Source of the DNA: Gekko japonicus
Taxonomy: Eukaryota
Reading direction: 5' to 3'
Length of the DNA stretch: 64,000 nucleotides
Assembly (NCBI RefSeq): GCF_001447785.1
Contig: NW_015168102.1
Coordinates: forward strand, 1-64,000
In this document: positions 33,490 through 45,800 of the stretch, one piece after another
Layout of the letters: each line of letters opens with the position of its first letter
Position numbering within the stretch: the stretch's first letter is position 1
Program-made: the position numbers and the translations under genes
The notes under the pieces: model-generated
The model's input: only the letters and a program-made list of their open reading frames with translations
Databases searched by the model: none
What the model was told of the DNA's origin: nothing

Positions 33490-33990
33490 CTACCTCTGGT
33501 GAAGGGAACTTTGAGTCTCGAAAGCTTACACCCTGAAAGTGTTGGTTTCTAAGAGGCTACTAACTGGACTCAGATCAGTACGGCCATCTTCTTTAAAAAA
33601 ACAAAAACATGAGCCCAGACTTTATTTAATTCATTTGGACCCTGTCTTTCTCCCCCAATGGGGTCCAAAGGCGCTTCTCCTCTCCTCCGTTTTATCCTCA
33701 CAATAATTACCCGGTGGCACCTTCAAGACCAACAAAGTTTGATTTTGGGTATAAACGTTCGTGTGCATGCACACTTCATCAGAAGAAGTGGTTTTAAAGG
33801 TGCCACTGGACTTATAGACTTTGTTCTGTTGCTTCAGACCATCAGGGCTGCTCACTTGAATCTACCTGTAAACTAGGTTAGGCTGAGAGAGTGTAACTGG
33901 CCCAAGGTCACCCAGCGAGCTTTCATATCAGGAGTGGGGATTCGAAACCTTGTCTCCTAGATACTAGTCTGACAGTCTTAACCACTTAAT
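33490..33990. mobile_element. TE cluster between the PSMB1 and TBP promoters: Penelope-type terminal fragments (33490-33575; 33710-33863) and a tRNA/CORE SINE (~33620-33990, minus)
   Basis: GAAAGCTTA / GGTGCCACTGGACT Penelope-end motifs; SINE motif GCCCAAGGTCACCCAGCGAG..GGGGATTCGAA. Confidence 0.7.
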
Positions 33991-34039
33991 TTCTACTTGG
34001 GATAAAAGGGGGGCAGGAAAAGACGAGATGTTATAACTC

Positions 34040-34890
34040 GCCCCCTTATCCGTGGTGCTCAGGCCATTTGACTAGCGTAGAGGATGCGTGTAACATCTGC
34101 ATTCAACTGGCGTCACTAGAAGCCAGACAGCGCTTGGAAGCTCGTTGATGTGGGGCGTCAGTGTATGGCGTACGACTCACCTCTTTGGTAGGGAACAAAG
34201 GGCCCTGGTTCCTTCAGTGCGCCTGCGCGCTTTTGAGCGGCCTTCCTATCTGCTTTTCTCTCACTTCCCGCCCTTGCCCTTAAGAAAGCTGGTGCCCGCG
34301 GTAACCAAAAAAGAGTGGTTGCGGCCAGCTCTGATGACGCATTAGGAGTGCGCCACCGCCACCGCCGTTGAAGGAGAGTCTGTGCGCGGGGTACTGCTTG
34401 TGTCGAGCGGAGAACTTCTAGAGCGGTAAGTCTGGGCCTGTCCCCGTCGCCTCTCGCTGCCTTCTCCGCCAGGCCTTTGAGCAGCAGGTCAGGGATGAGG
34501 AAGCAGCGAACGAAGGCATCCGAGGCCCCTCGTTGGAGAAGGCCGCTGTGGCGCTGGACGGCATTTTTGCCTGCTTCATACCCGCATCGTCAGGATGAGG
34601 ATGGCTGCGCGCTTTGCCTGCTTGTTTGGGCCGCTCCCTTTGGTGGCTCTCACTCTCCGACTGCGTCTATGGAACAAGGGCCGGGTCAAGGGCCGGTGTG
34701 CTTTCAGGTGCTACTGACAACACCTCTGTTGGATGTTGAACATTGAAGCGCCCGCGGGGCGGGGGGGGGGGGGGGGGGGCTCACTGAGCCTCCTCACGGG
34801 GAAGTGTGCGCGCAAATGTTACTCTCTTGGGCGGGCAGGCAGTCCGGTGGCGCTCCTGTTAGCCCCGTTGGACACAGTGGGATTTATTTC
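34040..34890 (+). promoter_or_regulatory. TBP CpG-island promoter (no TATA box seen)
   Basis: CpG-rich; NRF1-like TGCGCCTGCGC 34218-34228, CACTTCCCGCCC ~34262, TGACGCA ~34335, long G-run ~34756-34779. Confidence 0.75.
34340..34425 (+). other. TBP: Putative non-coding first exon of TBP (5' boundary approximate)
   Basis: Lies in a CpG island downstream of NRF1-, ETS- and CRE-like motifs, and ends at a consensus donor GCG|gtaagt (34426-34431). Vertebrate TBP has an untranslated exon 1. Confidence 0.7.
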
Positions 34891-35559
34891 CGGGTAGAGA
34901 TGTGCATGAAACTAATATAAGAGTTTTGGTGCATCTGAAAGACTAACGAATATGTTGTGGCATGTCCTTTTGTGAGCCAGATCGCACTTTGTTAGGTTCT
35001 CCTGTGTAATTTTAAGATCCCCTAAAGTCCATTGGAGGGTGGAGGAGTTTGGACTGGGTCCTTATTCTGAATTTAGTGGGTCTAAATTGGATTATGTTCA
35101 AGTACTCAAGTGGTTTGCCCTTCTGTGGACCAGCGTGACCGCAAGGAGGCAGATATAGATCAGGAATCCCTGACCTTGGTTGAGCCAGTTTTGAAAAAGA
35201 GTAGTAGGTCCCATCATAAACTGGCGGGGCCAGTCATGACGTAGGTGCCATAGGAGGCTGTCCAACTATAAAATGGATACACGGGCAGTTCCGAGCCTAG
35301 CATCCTCTTACTACCTAAATGTTTCCTTCCAAATGACACTCTATGTGGATACAAAGGAAGCCTCCTGGGATCTTCTGAAGCACTACCTGTTCCAAAAAGT
35401 TGGCTCATTGTCTTGTTCTGGGAAAGTAATGCTGCTTGGTTTCAGTGACCAAATAAAGGGTGTTTTTATGCCTATTCAGCCACAGGGAGAGGTTACCAAG
35501 CCCAGAGACATAAGTAAGTCTGTTTCCATAAATAAAAACACATAACAAACAATACAAGA

Positions 35560-36330
35560 GGAGGGCCAATAACTGTTACTGGGCGGTATGCCAAACAAAA
35601 CAAAGAAGTCTTCACCCACTGGGGGAAGACACCAGTAGACAGACAAATCTCCCTGGGGAGGGATTTTCAAAGTTTTGGTGCCATGACAGAGAAAGCCCTG
35701 TCTCAGATTGCTACCTATCTAGCCTCAGAAGGAACTGAACAGGGCCTCTGAAGATGACCGGAGTGAGTGGGTAGGTTCATATGGAGAAGGTGGCCCTTAA
35801 GATATGTTGTTTCCAGGCTGTACAGGGTTCTAAAGGTTAGTACCAGCACCTTGAATTGAGCCTGGAAGTAAATTGGAAGCTAGTGTAGATGGAACAAGAC
35901 TGGAGTGATATGGTCCCTACGAACAACTCCAGTCAACATTTTGGTCACAGCAGTCTGCACCAACTGGAGCTTCCAGACAGTCGTCAAGGGCAGCCCCATG
36001 TAGATTGCATTGCAGCAATCTATTCTAGATGTTACGAGGACATGCATCACAGTGACAAGATCTTTTCTGCCTAGGAAGGGCCACAGCTGGCTCACCACCA
36101 GTGCCGCCTGTGTATCAAGCAGGAGGCCAGGATCTAGGAGTGCATAAAGCTGCAAATTGGCTCCTTTAGGGGAAGAATTATCTCATGCAGAACACAGGAT
36201 AACCTTCCCCTTCAGACCTTCCCCACCACCACCAATAGCACCTCCATTTTGTCAGGATCAGCTTTTAGCTTATTAGCTCTCACCCATTCCAAAACTGCTT
36301 CTATACCTGTTCAGAGTTTTCACAGCCTCC
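35560..36330 (-). mobile_element. L2 LINE fragment, TBP intron 1
   Basis: ORF 35880-36155: HVLVTSRIDCCNAIYMGLP..LQLVQTA..DHITPVL. Confidence 0.85.
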
Positions 36331-37829
36331 TTGGGGTCTGCTGGTAGCATGAGATAGCATGGATGTTTTTATTCAGCATCTTGACTAATATCCGTTTAGT
36401 CTCTGTTTCATGAATTTGTCTGATCCCTTTTTAAAGCTAGTGGCCATCTCCATTGTCTTATGGCAGTAAATTTCATGAGTTACCTATAAATTTTACAAAG
36501 AAGCATCTGTACTAAATCTGTTGCCAGTCTGCTTCAATAGATGACCCTGAATTCTGTAGCTGCGGGAGAGGAGGAGAAATTCTGGGCTTTGATCCACTGG
36601 ACTGTTTCCACAGACGGAAGGATTTCCACCCATTTAACATGCCCTTGCCTCCCAATGTAGTCTGCATGTGTTTTCAGATCATGAAAACTGTCTGTTCCTA
36701 CTCTGTGTTCCCTGTTTATCCAGCTTCTAATCTACAAGAAGACCCATCTTATTATGCGGTGACTGCTAAATTTACTCAGGAGCTTTTGATGAGGAACTTT
36801 TGTCAAAAGCTGCTTGGGAGTTAAAGTATAACAACATCTGTTGGGACAGTGGTATCCACATACTTACTTGATGCTTTCAGAGAACTCCACAGGCTTGGTG
36901 AGGCAGAACTTCCATTTACAAAACAAAGTTTGAGTCCAGTTTAGGACCAATGAATATTAAATCTGGGTATTAGCTTTCATGTGCATGCACACTTCTTCAG
37001 ATAAAGAAACCTTGTTAGTTCTCCCTGTGCAGTATTTGTTCTACTGTATTCTTAATGTATCGATGTTTAATAAAGCTTTTCACTAGTTTGTGTGGAGCAG
37101 AAACTAAGCTGTCTTGTAATTTCCTGGTTCTTGGTGAATTCCTTTTTTAAAATGGGTATTACGTTTCCCCCGTATGAATGCCAGCTTCAGTGAAATTGTG
37201 TATTTCTCTTAAGTGATCACACTTCATTTGTGGATCCTTTAGAAGTCTCTTGTGTATACCATCAGAACTTGGTAACTTGTTTTTATTTGCCAGTTAGCCC
37301 CAAATGTCATCTCTTGTTGTTTCTTTGACTGAGTTCTTCAGCTATGCCAGACCTACTATTTTTGGTGAAGCTGTTTGTCCATCATTCTCTACAATCTCCG
37401 TTACCTCCTGTAGCAATCCTTTTCAGGCCTTTATCATCTATGGTCCAGCTAGCTTGGTTTCCTGCACCTAAGCAGCAGTGTATTTTTAGGTTGAGTTTTT
37501 ATTGTTGTTGCTAATAACATGCAGGCTGTTTGAAAAGATTTGGCTTTCTTTACTCTCTCCATCTCAACTTCTTTTTGACTAATCACTTTGTTTTGGATTT
37601 TGAGGGCACATTTCCCCCACTCAACACACATGCATTATAACTGTAACTCAAGCACCAGCACAATTGAAAGGGAGTTACGGTCCGGATCTAACACTGCAAC
37701 TTGGAGCAATGTACTTGGTTCTCCAAGGATGTTGCTGTTTGAAGTATATCTCACTTGACCATCTGGCAGTTGTTTGGCATTGGTATGAAAGTGCTAGAAT
37801 TAAAAAGCTGAAACTGAAGTATTTTAGTA

Positions 37830-38700
37830 TTAACTAGCTTCATTAACGATAAGACCTTTACGCTGCGAGACTATATTGCAGCACAAGAAGTGGACCTGGC
37901 ATGCATGACCGAGACCTGGACGAGAGATGGTGAAACTGTTGCCTTAAAAGAGCTCTCTCTTCCAGGTTTTTTGGTCCTCCATCAGTCTTGAACAGTGGGG
38001 TGGGGGGTGGTGAGAGTTTTTCCTTCAGGGCACTTCGTGAGAGTTTTTCCTTCAGGGCACTCCCTGTCCCAAAGATCACCAGCATTGACTGTGTAGGCCT
38101 CGCGTGGGACTCTGAAGTGAGTTTGGCTGTCTTTTCTGGTGTACCGTTCACCTAGCATACCAGTGGACAGCCTCCTGATCCTGCTTGAGGCGGTTACTGG
38201 CTGGGCATTGGAGTTCCTGAGGCTTATGCTACTCGGGGACTTCAATGTCCATGCTGATGTTGCCTCCTCGCAGCAGGCAGTGGACCTAGTGTCATCCATG
38301 GCAGCACTAGGGCTCACCCAGATTGTACCTGGCCCCCACCTGGTGGAACTCTCTGCCGGAAGACATCTGTGCCCTGCAGGAGTCATTACCTTTCCACAGG
38401 GCATGCAAGGCAGAGATGTTCTGCCAGGTGTTTGGTTGAGGACAGCAACGGGGATAGTATGACATCTGTCACTCTTCCCCATCCCTCGCAACCCCTCCCC
38501 CCAAGAAGGCCGGGGGAGCTAGTTTTTTCCACCATCTTGTATATGTATTTTGTCCCTATTTATTGATCTGTTTTTAGGTGGTTTTAATGTTGGATTTAAA
38601 TTAAAGAATTTTGTACATTATTCTTTTGTAAGCCGCCCTGAGCCCTGCTTGAAGGGAAGGGAGGCCTAGCAAAAATTTAATAAATAAATAATAAAATTTG
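37830..38700 (+). mobile_element. L2 LINE endonuclease fragment plus 3' tail, with an internal 27-bp tandem duplication (~38010-38063)
   Basis: YRSP..LLGDFNVH APE-type motifs; tail TGTAAGCCGCCCTGAG..AATAAA. Confidence 0.75.
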
Positions 38701-39067
38701 AGCTGTAGGAGGAAGAAAATTTCTTACAGTTAAATTAGTTACTTAATATTTGGCAACTCATAATTTTTGTTGTATGGATTTTCAGAAACAGATTTCTAGT
38801 GCGGTTAAGTTTGATACAAAAGTAAGCCTAACACATATTTCATTTTTTCGCCCAAAATTTCCCTTTACTGGAAAAAAAAATGGGGAAGGCATTTTATTCA
38901 GTGGCTTCAACCTACCCAGAAATATTATATTTCTAGTAATAACTAGAAAATATGGCTATTAAAATACTAAACCCTGGATGATGAAAAACAAGTCTGGCTC
39001 TTAAATATTTGGGTTAGCTGCTAGAGTCCAAGAAGATTTGTCAAGGCCTGCTGTATTACGTCATGAG

Positions 39068-39528
39068 CAGTGCTCCCTCTAAGCTGTGGAGTCTTGTAAG
39101 CAAAAATTCTACTTTGTGAGCTACTGGCATTAAAGTTGTGAGTGATTTGGCTAGTTTGGTGTAGTGGTTAGGACTCTGATCTTGGAGTACCAGGTTTGAT
39201 TCCCCCCACCGTCACATGCAGCTGCTGGTGTGACCTTGGGTCAGTCATAAGTTCTTTCAGAGTTGTTCTCTCAAGGGCAGTTCTTGAGAGAGAGCTCTCA
39301 GCCCCACCTACCTCACAGGGTGTCTGTTGTAGGGAGGGGGAGGGAAAGGGATTGTAAGCCACTCTGAGACTGCTTCGGGTAGTGAAGGGCGGGGTATAAA
39401 TTCAGTCTCTTCTTCTCTACTGCATAAATTAGTTTGCTCTGGAGCCATCCTTCCTAAACTAAGACACTGTGAGCCGGAGGCTAAAAAACTGAGCTAGCTC
39501 ACACTAACTTGGCTTAAAGGGAACACTG
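39068..39528 (+). mobile_element. hAT MITE interrupted by a Squam3-like SINE (39153-39417)
   Basis: TIR CAGTGCTCCCTCTAAGC / GCTTAAAGGGAACACTG; 8-bp TSD GTCATGAG / ATCATGAG. Confidence 0.88.
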
Positions 39529-39793
39529 ATCATGAGTAACAGTATTGGCCATAAGTAGTTGTACTCCTGAATGTTGCGTGTATGTCATGACACTGTTTCT
39601 CTTTCAGATTTGGAATCCTTGATATAGACATCTAGGATCTGGTGCCTTTCCAAATATGTCAAAACTGACTGCATGGCTATTCATTGGGATACTTTAGGCA
39701 AAGATACTTCCTCAAGGCTGATGGTGTGAAATTGCCTTTTTGGACTGCATTTGTGGAAATACATATCACCTGACTGGATACGTGACTGCTGTC

Positions 39794-39847
39794 ATGGATC
39801 AAAACAACAGCTTGCCACCCTATGCCCAGGGTTTAGCATCCCCTCAG
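39794..39847 (+). CDS. TBP: TBP first coding exon (coding part; exon probably starts at 39608)
   Basis: gtcATGG Kozak context, [18 protein letters not shown]|gtaaaa; upstream acceptor tttctctttcag ends at 39607. Confidence 0.96.
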
Positions 39848-42800
39848 GTAAAAATGTGGCAACTCATGAATTTTCTGGGGGGGGGGGGAATGGAGTGTTC
39901 AAAGCAGATTCTTTGCTCATACCTATTTCAAGGCTTCTGAAAGTCCATGGATTTGGGGGCTAGCCTTCCCTCCCATTTCTCACTGTTGTTGCTTCAGTAT
40001 CCTTAACACTTCAGCTGCTGTGCTCACTCCACTTCTTATCTGGAGAGCAGGTAGCAGGTGATGTGAAAGACCTTGACCTGAGACTTTGGAGAGCTGCTGA
40101 TGATCTGAGTAGACCATACTGACCTTGATGGACCAAGGGTCTGATTCAGTATGAGGCAGCTTCATGTGTGTTCAGACCGACAGCCCCCTGAGACAATATA
40201 CAGTATTCATTTCAAAACAGAAGTCAAAGGCCTCTCAATCGGCAAATGGTTCTCATAAATGCTAATTGTGAAATGTGTTTCTGATTTTGGGGGGGGGGGC
40301 AATGTCCCTGTGCTATCAAAACTGTGAGAAACTCATAAAATAGTTCAAGTGCCAGTAAAAGTATATTTATGAGAGATCCCATATTCCTTTTGTTAATATA
40401 TTAACAGCTTGATTCTTATCCGAAGGGATTTGAATTTCAGTTCCCCTGTTTGGATTAGAGTAAAATAATATGGCAATAAGGTGGCATACAGTAGGCCTAA
40501 TTACTGAGATGTTCCCCTCCACACAGGGGGTGGGGTTGTCTTGCTACAGCTAGTATTATAAGTGAATAAGTCATTGTTCATCACGTGATTGAACAGATAG
40601 TTGATCCTGTTCATGATAGCCCAGATTTACAGCCTAATTTGCATTGTCTTCTTGCAGAGTGCAATGACTCCTGGCATCCCTATTTTCAGTCCCATGATGC
40701 CTTATGGCACAGGGCTCACCCCGCAGCCTGTTCAAAGCACCAATAGTTTATCTATACTGGAAGAGCAGCAAAGGCAGCAGCAGCAAGCAGCCGCACAGCA
40801 GTCTACGTCCCAGCCAACCCAGGGAGTATCTGGTCAGACGCCACAGCTCTTCCATTCTCAGACGCTTACTACTGCTCCCTTGCCAGGAACCACACCTCTC
40901 TACCCATCTCCAATGACTCCCATGACCCCAATAACTCCTGCAACGCCTGCTTCTGAAAGCTCGGGGATTGTACCACAGCTTCAGTAAGTGTGTGCTCTCC
41001 TCTTTTGTTTCCTGCCATCCTCCAGCAATGTTTTCAATTAGTGACTGTATGGTTAACGGCCTGTGAGAACTGTTGCCTTCCGGGAAGCATCTGGTCTGGA
41101 GGCTGTGGGGGAAATGGGATGCTGGACTAGGTGGACCCCTAGTGTTTTATCCGGTAGTTGGTATGAAAGCTTCCGGGTGATCTTGGCCCCCCAAAATATT
41201 TCTTGATTGGCATGGGTCAGTTCAAACACTGAAGTGAAGTACTCCATAAAAATACTTAGGTTTTTTTAATAGAAATTTTAGAAATTTTTCAGAAAAAAAG
41301 AATAAAAGATGAGAGTATTACAAATTATCCAAATATCAAATCATCATTCTCATTCATAACAACATTATTTAGTATTTTTATAATATTTTATCATACTTAA
41401 AGATATTATCATTGCAACTTTATATATTAAAAATACATTTTCTATGGTCTAACCTCTAAATAAGATATTATTTCTGATAAGAATATCTAGATAACATGTA
41501 TAACTGCATTATGTCGTAACTTTACAGTTTTGACTTAAAACAATAAAAAATTTAAATTAAAAAAAAAGTATCTGAAAGCCAACCAATACGTTTCCTTCTA
41601 AATAATAATATATCTAGGTAATCTGCTAACATTTCTACAAAATAAGTACAAAATATAACGTACTTAACCAACTCTGAAATAACATTTTATATTTTATCTT
41701 CATATTAAATTCTTATACAAATTCCCAAATCATTTATAATTCTTTTGCATTAAAGTTAAATCAGCATTGCTTATATTACTCAGAGTGTTTCACTATTCAA
41801 AAGGAAAATAAAATAAAGAAAAAGATGTGATCATTTTCTATTATAACATCATATTAAAATTTCCACTAGAAGCCAGGTCATCAAATCCTTCTTAATTTAT
41901 TTATGACTTGCAGCTATGATTTATATATAACATTGTTTCAATTATTATTATTTTATTTCAGTTTTTATTTTAAAATCAATTTATTATTTTATAATTTTAT
42001 TAGCCTTCAAGATCTTATATTGTATTATTCAATCAATTTCAGTTGTAACTCATTTTAGTCATTTACACACAAATCAAGACTCTATATCACTCTATAGTAT
42101 TTCATTCTTTTCTCCTTTTTCTGAGGTTTCCTTTTCATTAAAGTCATGATTCTGTGCCTTTCTTCTTTGTAAGTAAGCCAGTTTATCTTTGTTCTTTCCC
42201 ATCTGTATTCAATTATTGGCATATTTGAAAAGTCCTGCTTTGTATATCTTCTTGTTTTCTCATTTAATGAAGTAATTATTCTGTAAATTAAATCCTTTTG
42301 AGCATTGTCTTTTATCATTTTAGAAGCTAAGTGAATTGTCCAATTTTCCATAGGCCTGTTAACTTGTTCAGTGTAGTTTCTTCTTATCTTCCCTTTAGTT
42401 GCAAAAGAAGTTCAATTTAGTGGCTCAGTTTGTTTAGGATCTTGCTCTTCAGCAGAAGTCTGTTGATTCTGTGGTTCCTCTCTCCTGTTTCCCATTTCTG
42501 GCTGGATTGTAAAATCTTCTGGCTTATTGTAAAGTCTGTCAAAGGCTTGTTTTATCACTTTTTGCATTGCGTCTTGGAGAATCTTCTGAAATTGTTTCCA
42601 GAAATCTTGCATACTGTCTGCAGTATCTGAGTTGTCTGCTTTGCACAAATTTTGCAAGGCCATTTCCACATTTCAACCAAATTTGAGTCTATTCAGCAAA
42701 GTTAGTCTCTATAGTTGTAGTTCCTGCAAGTCTCACAGAGGTGACTGCATTTTCAAAACAGTCCCGGTAGCCATATTTAAATCCAAGAATCTTCCAGCAT

Positions 42801-45800
42801 AGCCCAAACAATGTGCAATCTCTTTATATGTTCAAGAAACAGTCAACCTGTTACAGTTTTTAAGTATAAAGCACAGTCTCAAAGATGAATATAACCCTGT
42901 TCCTAATGTTTATAATCCTTTTTTTTAAAGAAAATGGTCTCAATACTGTTCATCACAGTCCTTTTTAAATCCCATACCGTAGAAACAAAAGGAATTGATT
43001 CAGTAGTCACAAAGATATTTCTTCAGTAAAGATAAGATTAAAGTAAAATAATAAAGTAGTAAAGATATTCACCCAACCTTGGCTGAGTCTTTTTGCCCCT
43101 AGCACTGTTTTTGTAAGTTGTAATATCCCGGTCTCGTCACAGCCACTTCCCGAGGGGGAAAGCGGGGGGGGAGGGGATATCCTCTCCCCGCGTCCTTCAC
43201 TTTTTGGGGAAATCAAAGGGGCTTATTCAAAACTAGGGTTGCTGACTTGATTGTTACACTTCCAAGTACTCATGGTATAAAGGTGGTCTTCATTGCTGTT
43301 ATGATGAGGCTCATACTCTCTTGTGGGGGGGTGTTCAAAGCTTCGCAGTCATGGCTCCGTGACTGCTCCACTCCACACTCCGCTTCAGGACAATCCTGGG
43401 CTTCACCCACTTGCTGCCGCTCGCGGGGAGCCCAAGGCAAGTCCTCAGCAACCGGACCTCTCTACGGGAGGACCGGTGGGATTTTGGGCCCCCCACCCCC
43501 CGAAAATCCCCTAAGGAGCGTGGAGAGTCGGTGATTCTCAGGAGCTCCCCGAGTCTCAACCACTCCACTTTGCCGCAACCCCGGAAGTCCTCCATAAATA
43601 TATTTGTGATCACAGACCAGCAGCACATTCCTCAGCCCTGCCTCTATAGAGACAGAGCAATAGAACCTATCTATAGAAATAGAACACAGAGAGATACCAA
43701 CATAACTTGAAAACACACTGGCGTATCTGGAGAAGTGCTAGCATAGAACTGGTTGCTGTCAGGGTCATGTTAGGGAAGGAGTGCAGCTTAGCTGTACCTT
43801 AAGTCTTCCCAGCTCAGGTCCTGCCCTGGCATACTGCAAAAACCATGGCGAACCTGGAACAAGGAAGAGTGAAAAATACAACTGCTTTGCTCCTAGACTC
43901 CAGCTATGCCTCCAAGTCATAGTGTGGCTTAGGATATTGACTAAGCCTGAGGCTGATCATGGCTCTCCCAAATACAGTAGCTCATAGTCTGATGCTGTTC
44001 CATGAGTCTAAAAGCAGCTCCTCTGACAGAACAGTATGAGGGAAATTTTTGCCTGTTCCCTCCCTCCTGCTGCCAACTTCCGCTGTGCCCCTCATCCTGT
44101 TCCTGGTGGTCCAGCAACCTACAGAAGCACAATTTCAGAGGCCACAGCAGACGATTGCAGTAGGAAGAGGAGAGGCAAGGAAGTTTCCTTCTTTTAGCCT
44201 GACTCTGCTCACACTGCTTAGGATCCAAGCCTATATAAATCCTAACCAGGACATCTGTTTCCCAAATGATAGTGTGCAAAGCATGGAACTACATTTCTAT
44301 AGCCTCATGTCAGACACACTATGCACATACATGGGGGATTTTTGTAATGACAACTCCGAGAAAGTGTAGTCTGCACAAAGGGGGTGTCAAAGGACCTTAA
44401 AGGCCAAGATCCCACTTAAGGGCGATGGATTGGGTAAGACAAAACCAAAACACTGAAGTGTGAGTCCACAAACCCCAGGGTAGAACTGCCACCAGCCCTG
44501 TTAACTACCCCAACAGCTAGAGACCAAGGGACCAAGCCTCCCAGGACTAAGATCAAGGAAGTCAACCCTGCAAGGTTGTACACTTACAAGGTGAGTTTCA
44601 AAACAAGTTGCTTCGGTGTCTGTAGCCATGTAGGCCAAAGTACTGGGTTCAGATTGAAGCCGTAGAGTTCAAGAACACCACAAAATAGAAAGTGATTTAT
44701 TAATACACTGTGCAGGAATATACAATAAAAGATCAGTGAACAGTGAGGATAAAAATAATAAAGCTGAATAACTAACCTAAGTACTTTTACAAGTATTGGT
44801 TCCAATCTAGATGTTATCTTGACAAAGCTGTAATAAAAATGTCCTGGCTGCTTTCTGTGACCCTATTTTCCATTAATACTATTAATACTGTGATGACTGT
44901 CTTGTGGCAGATACATTTATGATCATCATAAAATCAAAATAAACAGGATGCATATTCCTGTTAGTGGACACTACTGAAATAGTGTCAGATGTAAAACTGG
45001 CATGCTTGAGTCCTTTTGTGTTGGCATTTGAGGTGACTCACCTCAAATGCAATCATAAAATGGGGGATAATTTCAAACATGGAGGAGTCCTACCTTGACT
45101 AACATGTTTCTAAATTGCCTTTAGGAATATTGTATCTACAGTAAATCTTGGCTGCAAACTGGACCTGAAAACGATTGCCCTTCGTGCTCGAAATGCTGAA
45201 TACAACCCTAAGGTAAAGAATAGCGGACAACAGTTGAACATAGGTCTTGAGAGGCCTGCCTCTGACTCCGGCTCTTGTTATGTAGTACATCCCATGTGAA
45301 GAGTCCACAGACTTCATAGCAGCTCTTGATCAGAAGTCTTCCAAACTGTCCTTTAAGGCTGATACTGCAGTTGCATCCCCAGAGGGATCTCACCATTATT
45401 TAAACATTGCCAGATCATAGTAAGGAAGTATCTTAGGAGACTCGCTTTTATTGGATTCAGTTAGGTAGTAAACTGAGTAACAGTTCCAATCTCTTTTACA
45501 GATGAAATAAAGCGAATAAAAACTGAAAAATCCATTTAAAAGCCTTACAGCGGCTTGATTTAACATTTGCTGAGCACAAAAGTGTTTATTTTTGAAGGGA
45601 GTAGTGGTTCAAGTTCCTTGAAAATGCTTTCCTCTGTACAGTATGTTGAATATCGCCTTTAAACAAGTTTTCATTTAGTATATACTAGTAAAGGAAATTG
45701 GAGGTTGCTTTGCTGTTGGTGGGGAGAGGGATGATGATGGAGCTTTTTAAACTTCATATTAGGCTTTACAAAGTGGTGAGATGTTGTAGGGTGGTGGAAT

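Noticed and set aside
44385-44824. TGTCAA...TTGACA-bounded segment resembling a solo LTR
   Set aside because: The flanks (GGGGG vs AAGCT) show no TSD; unsupported without a library search
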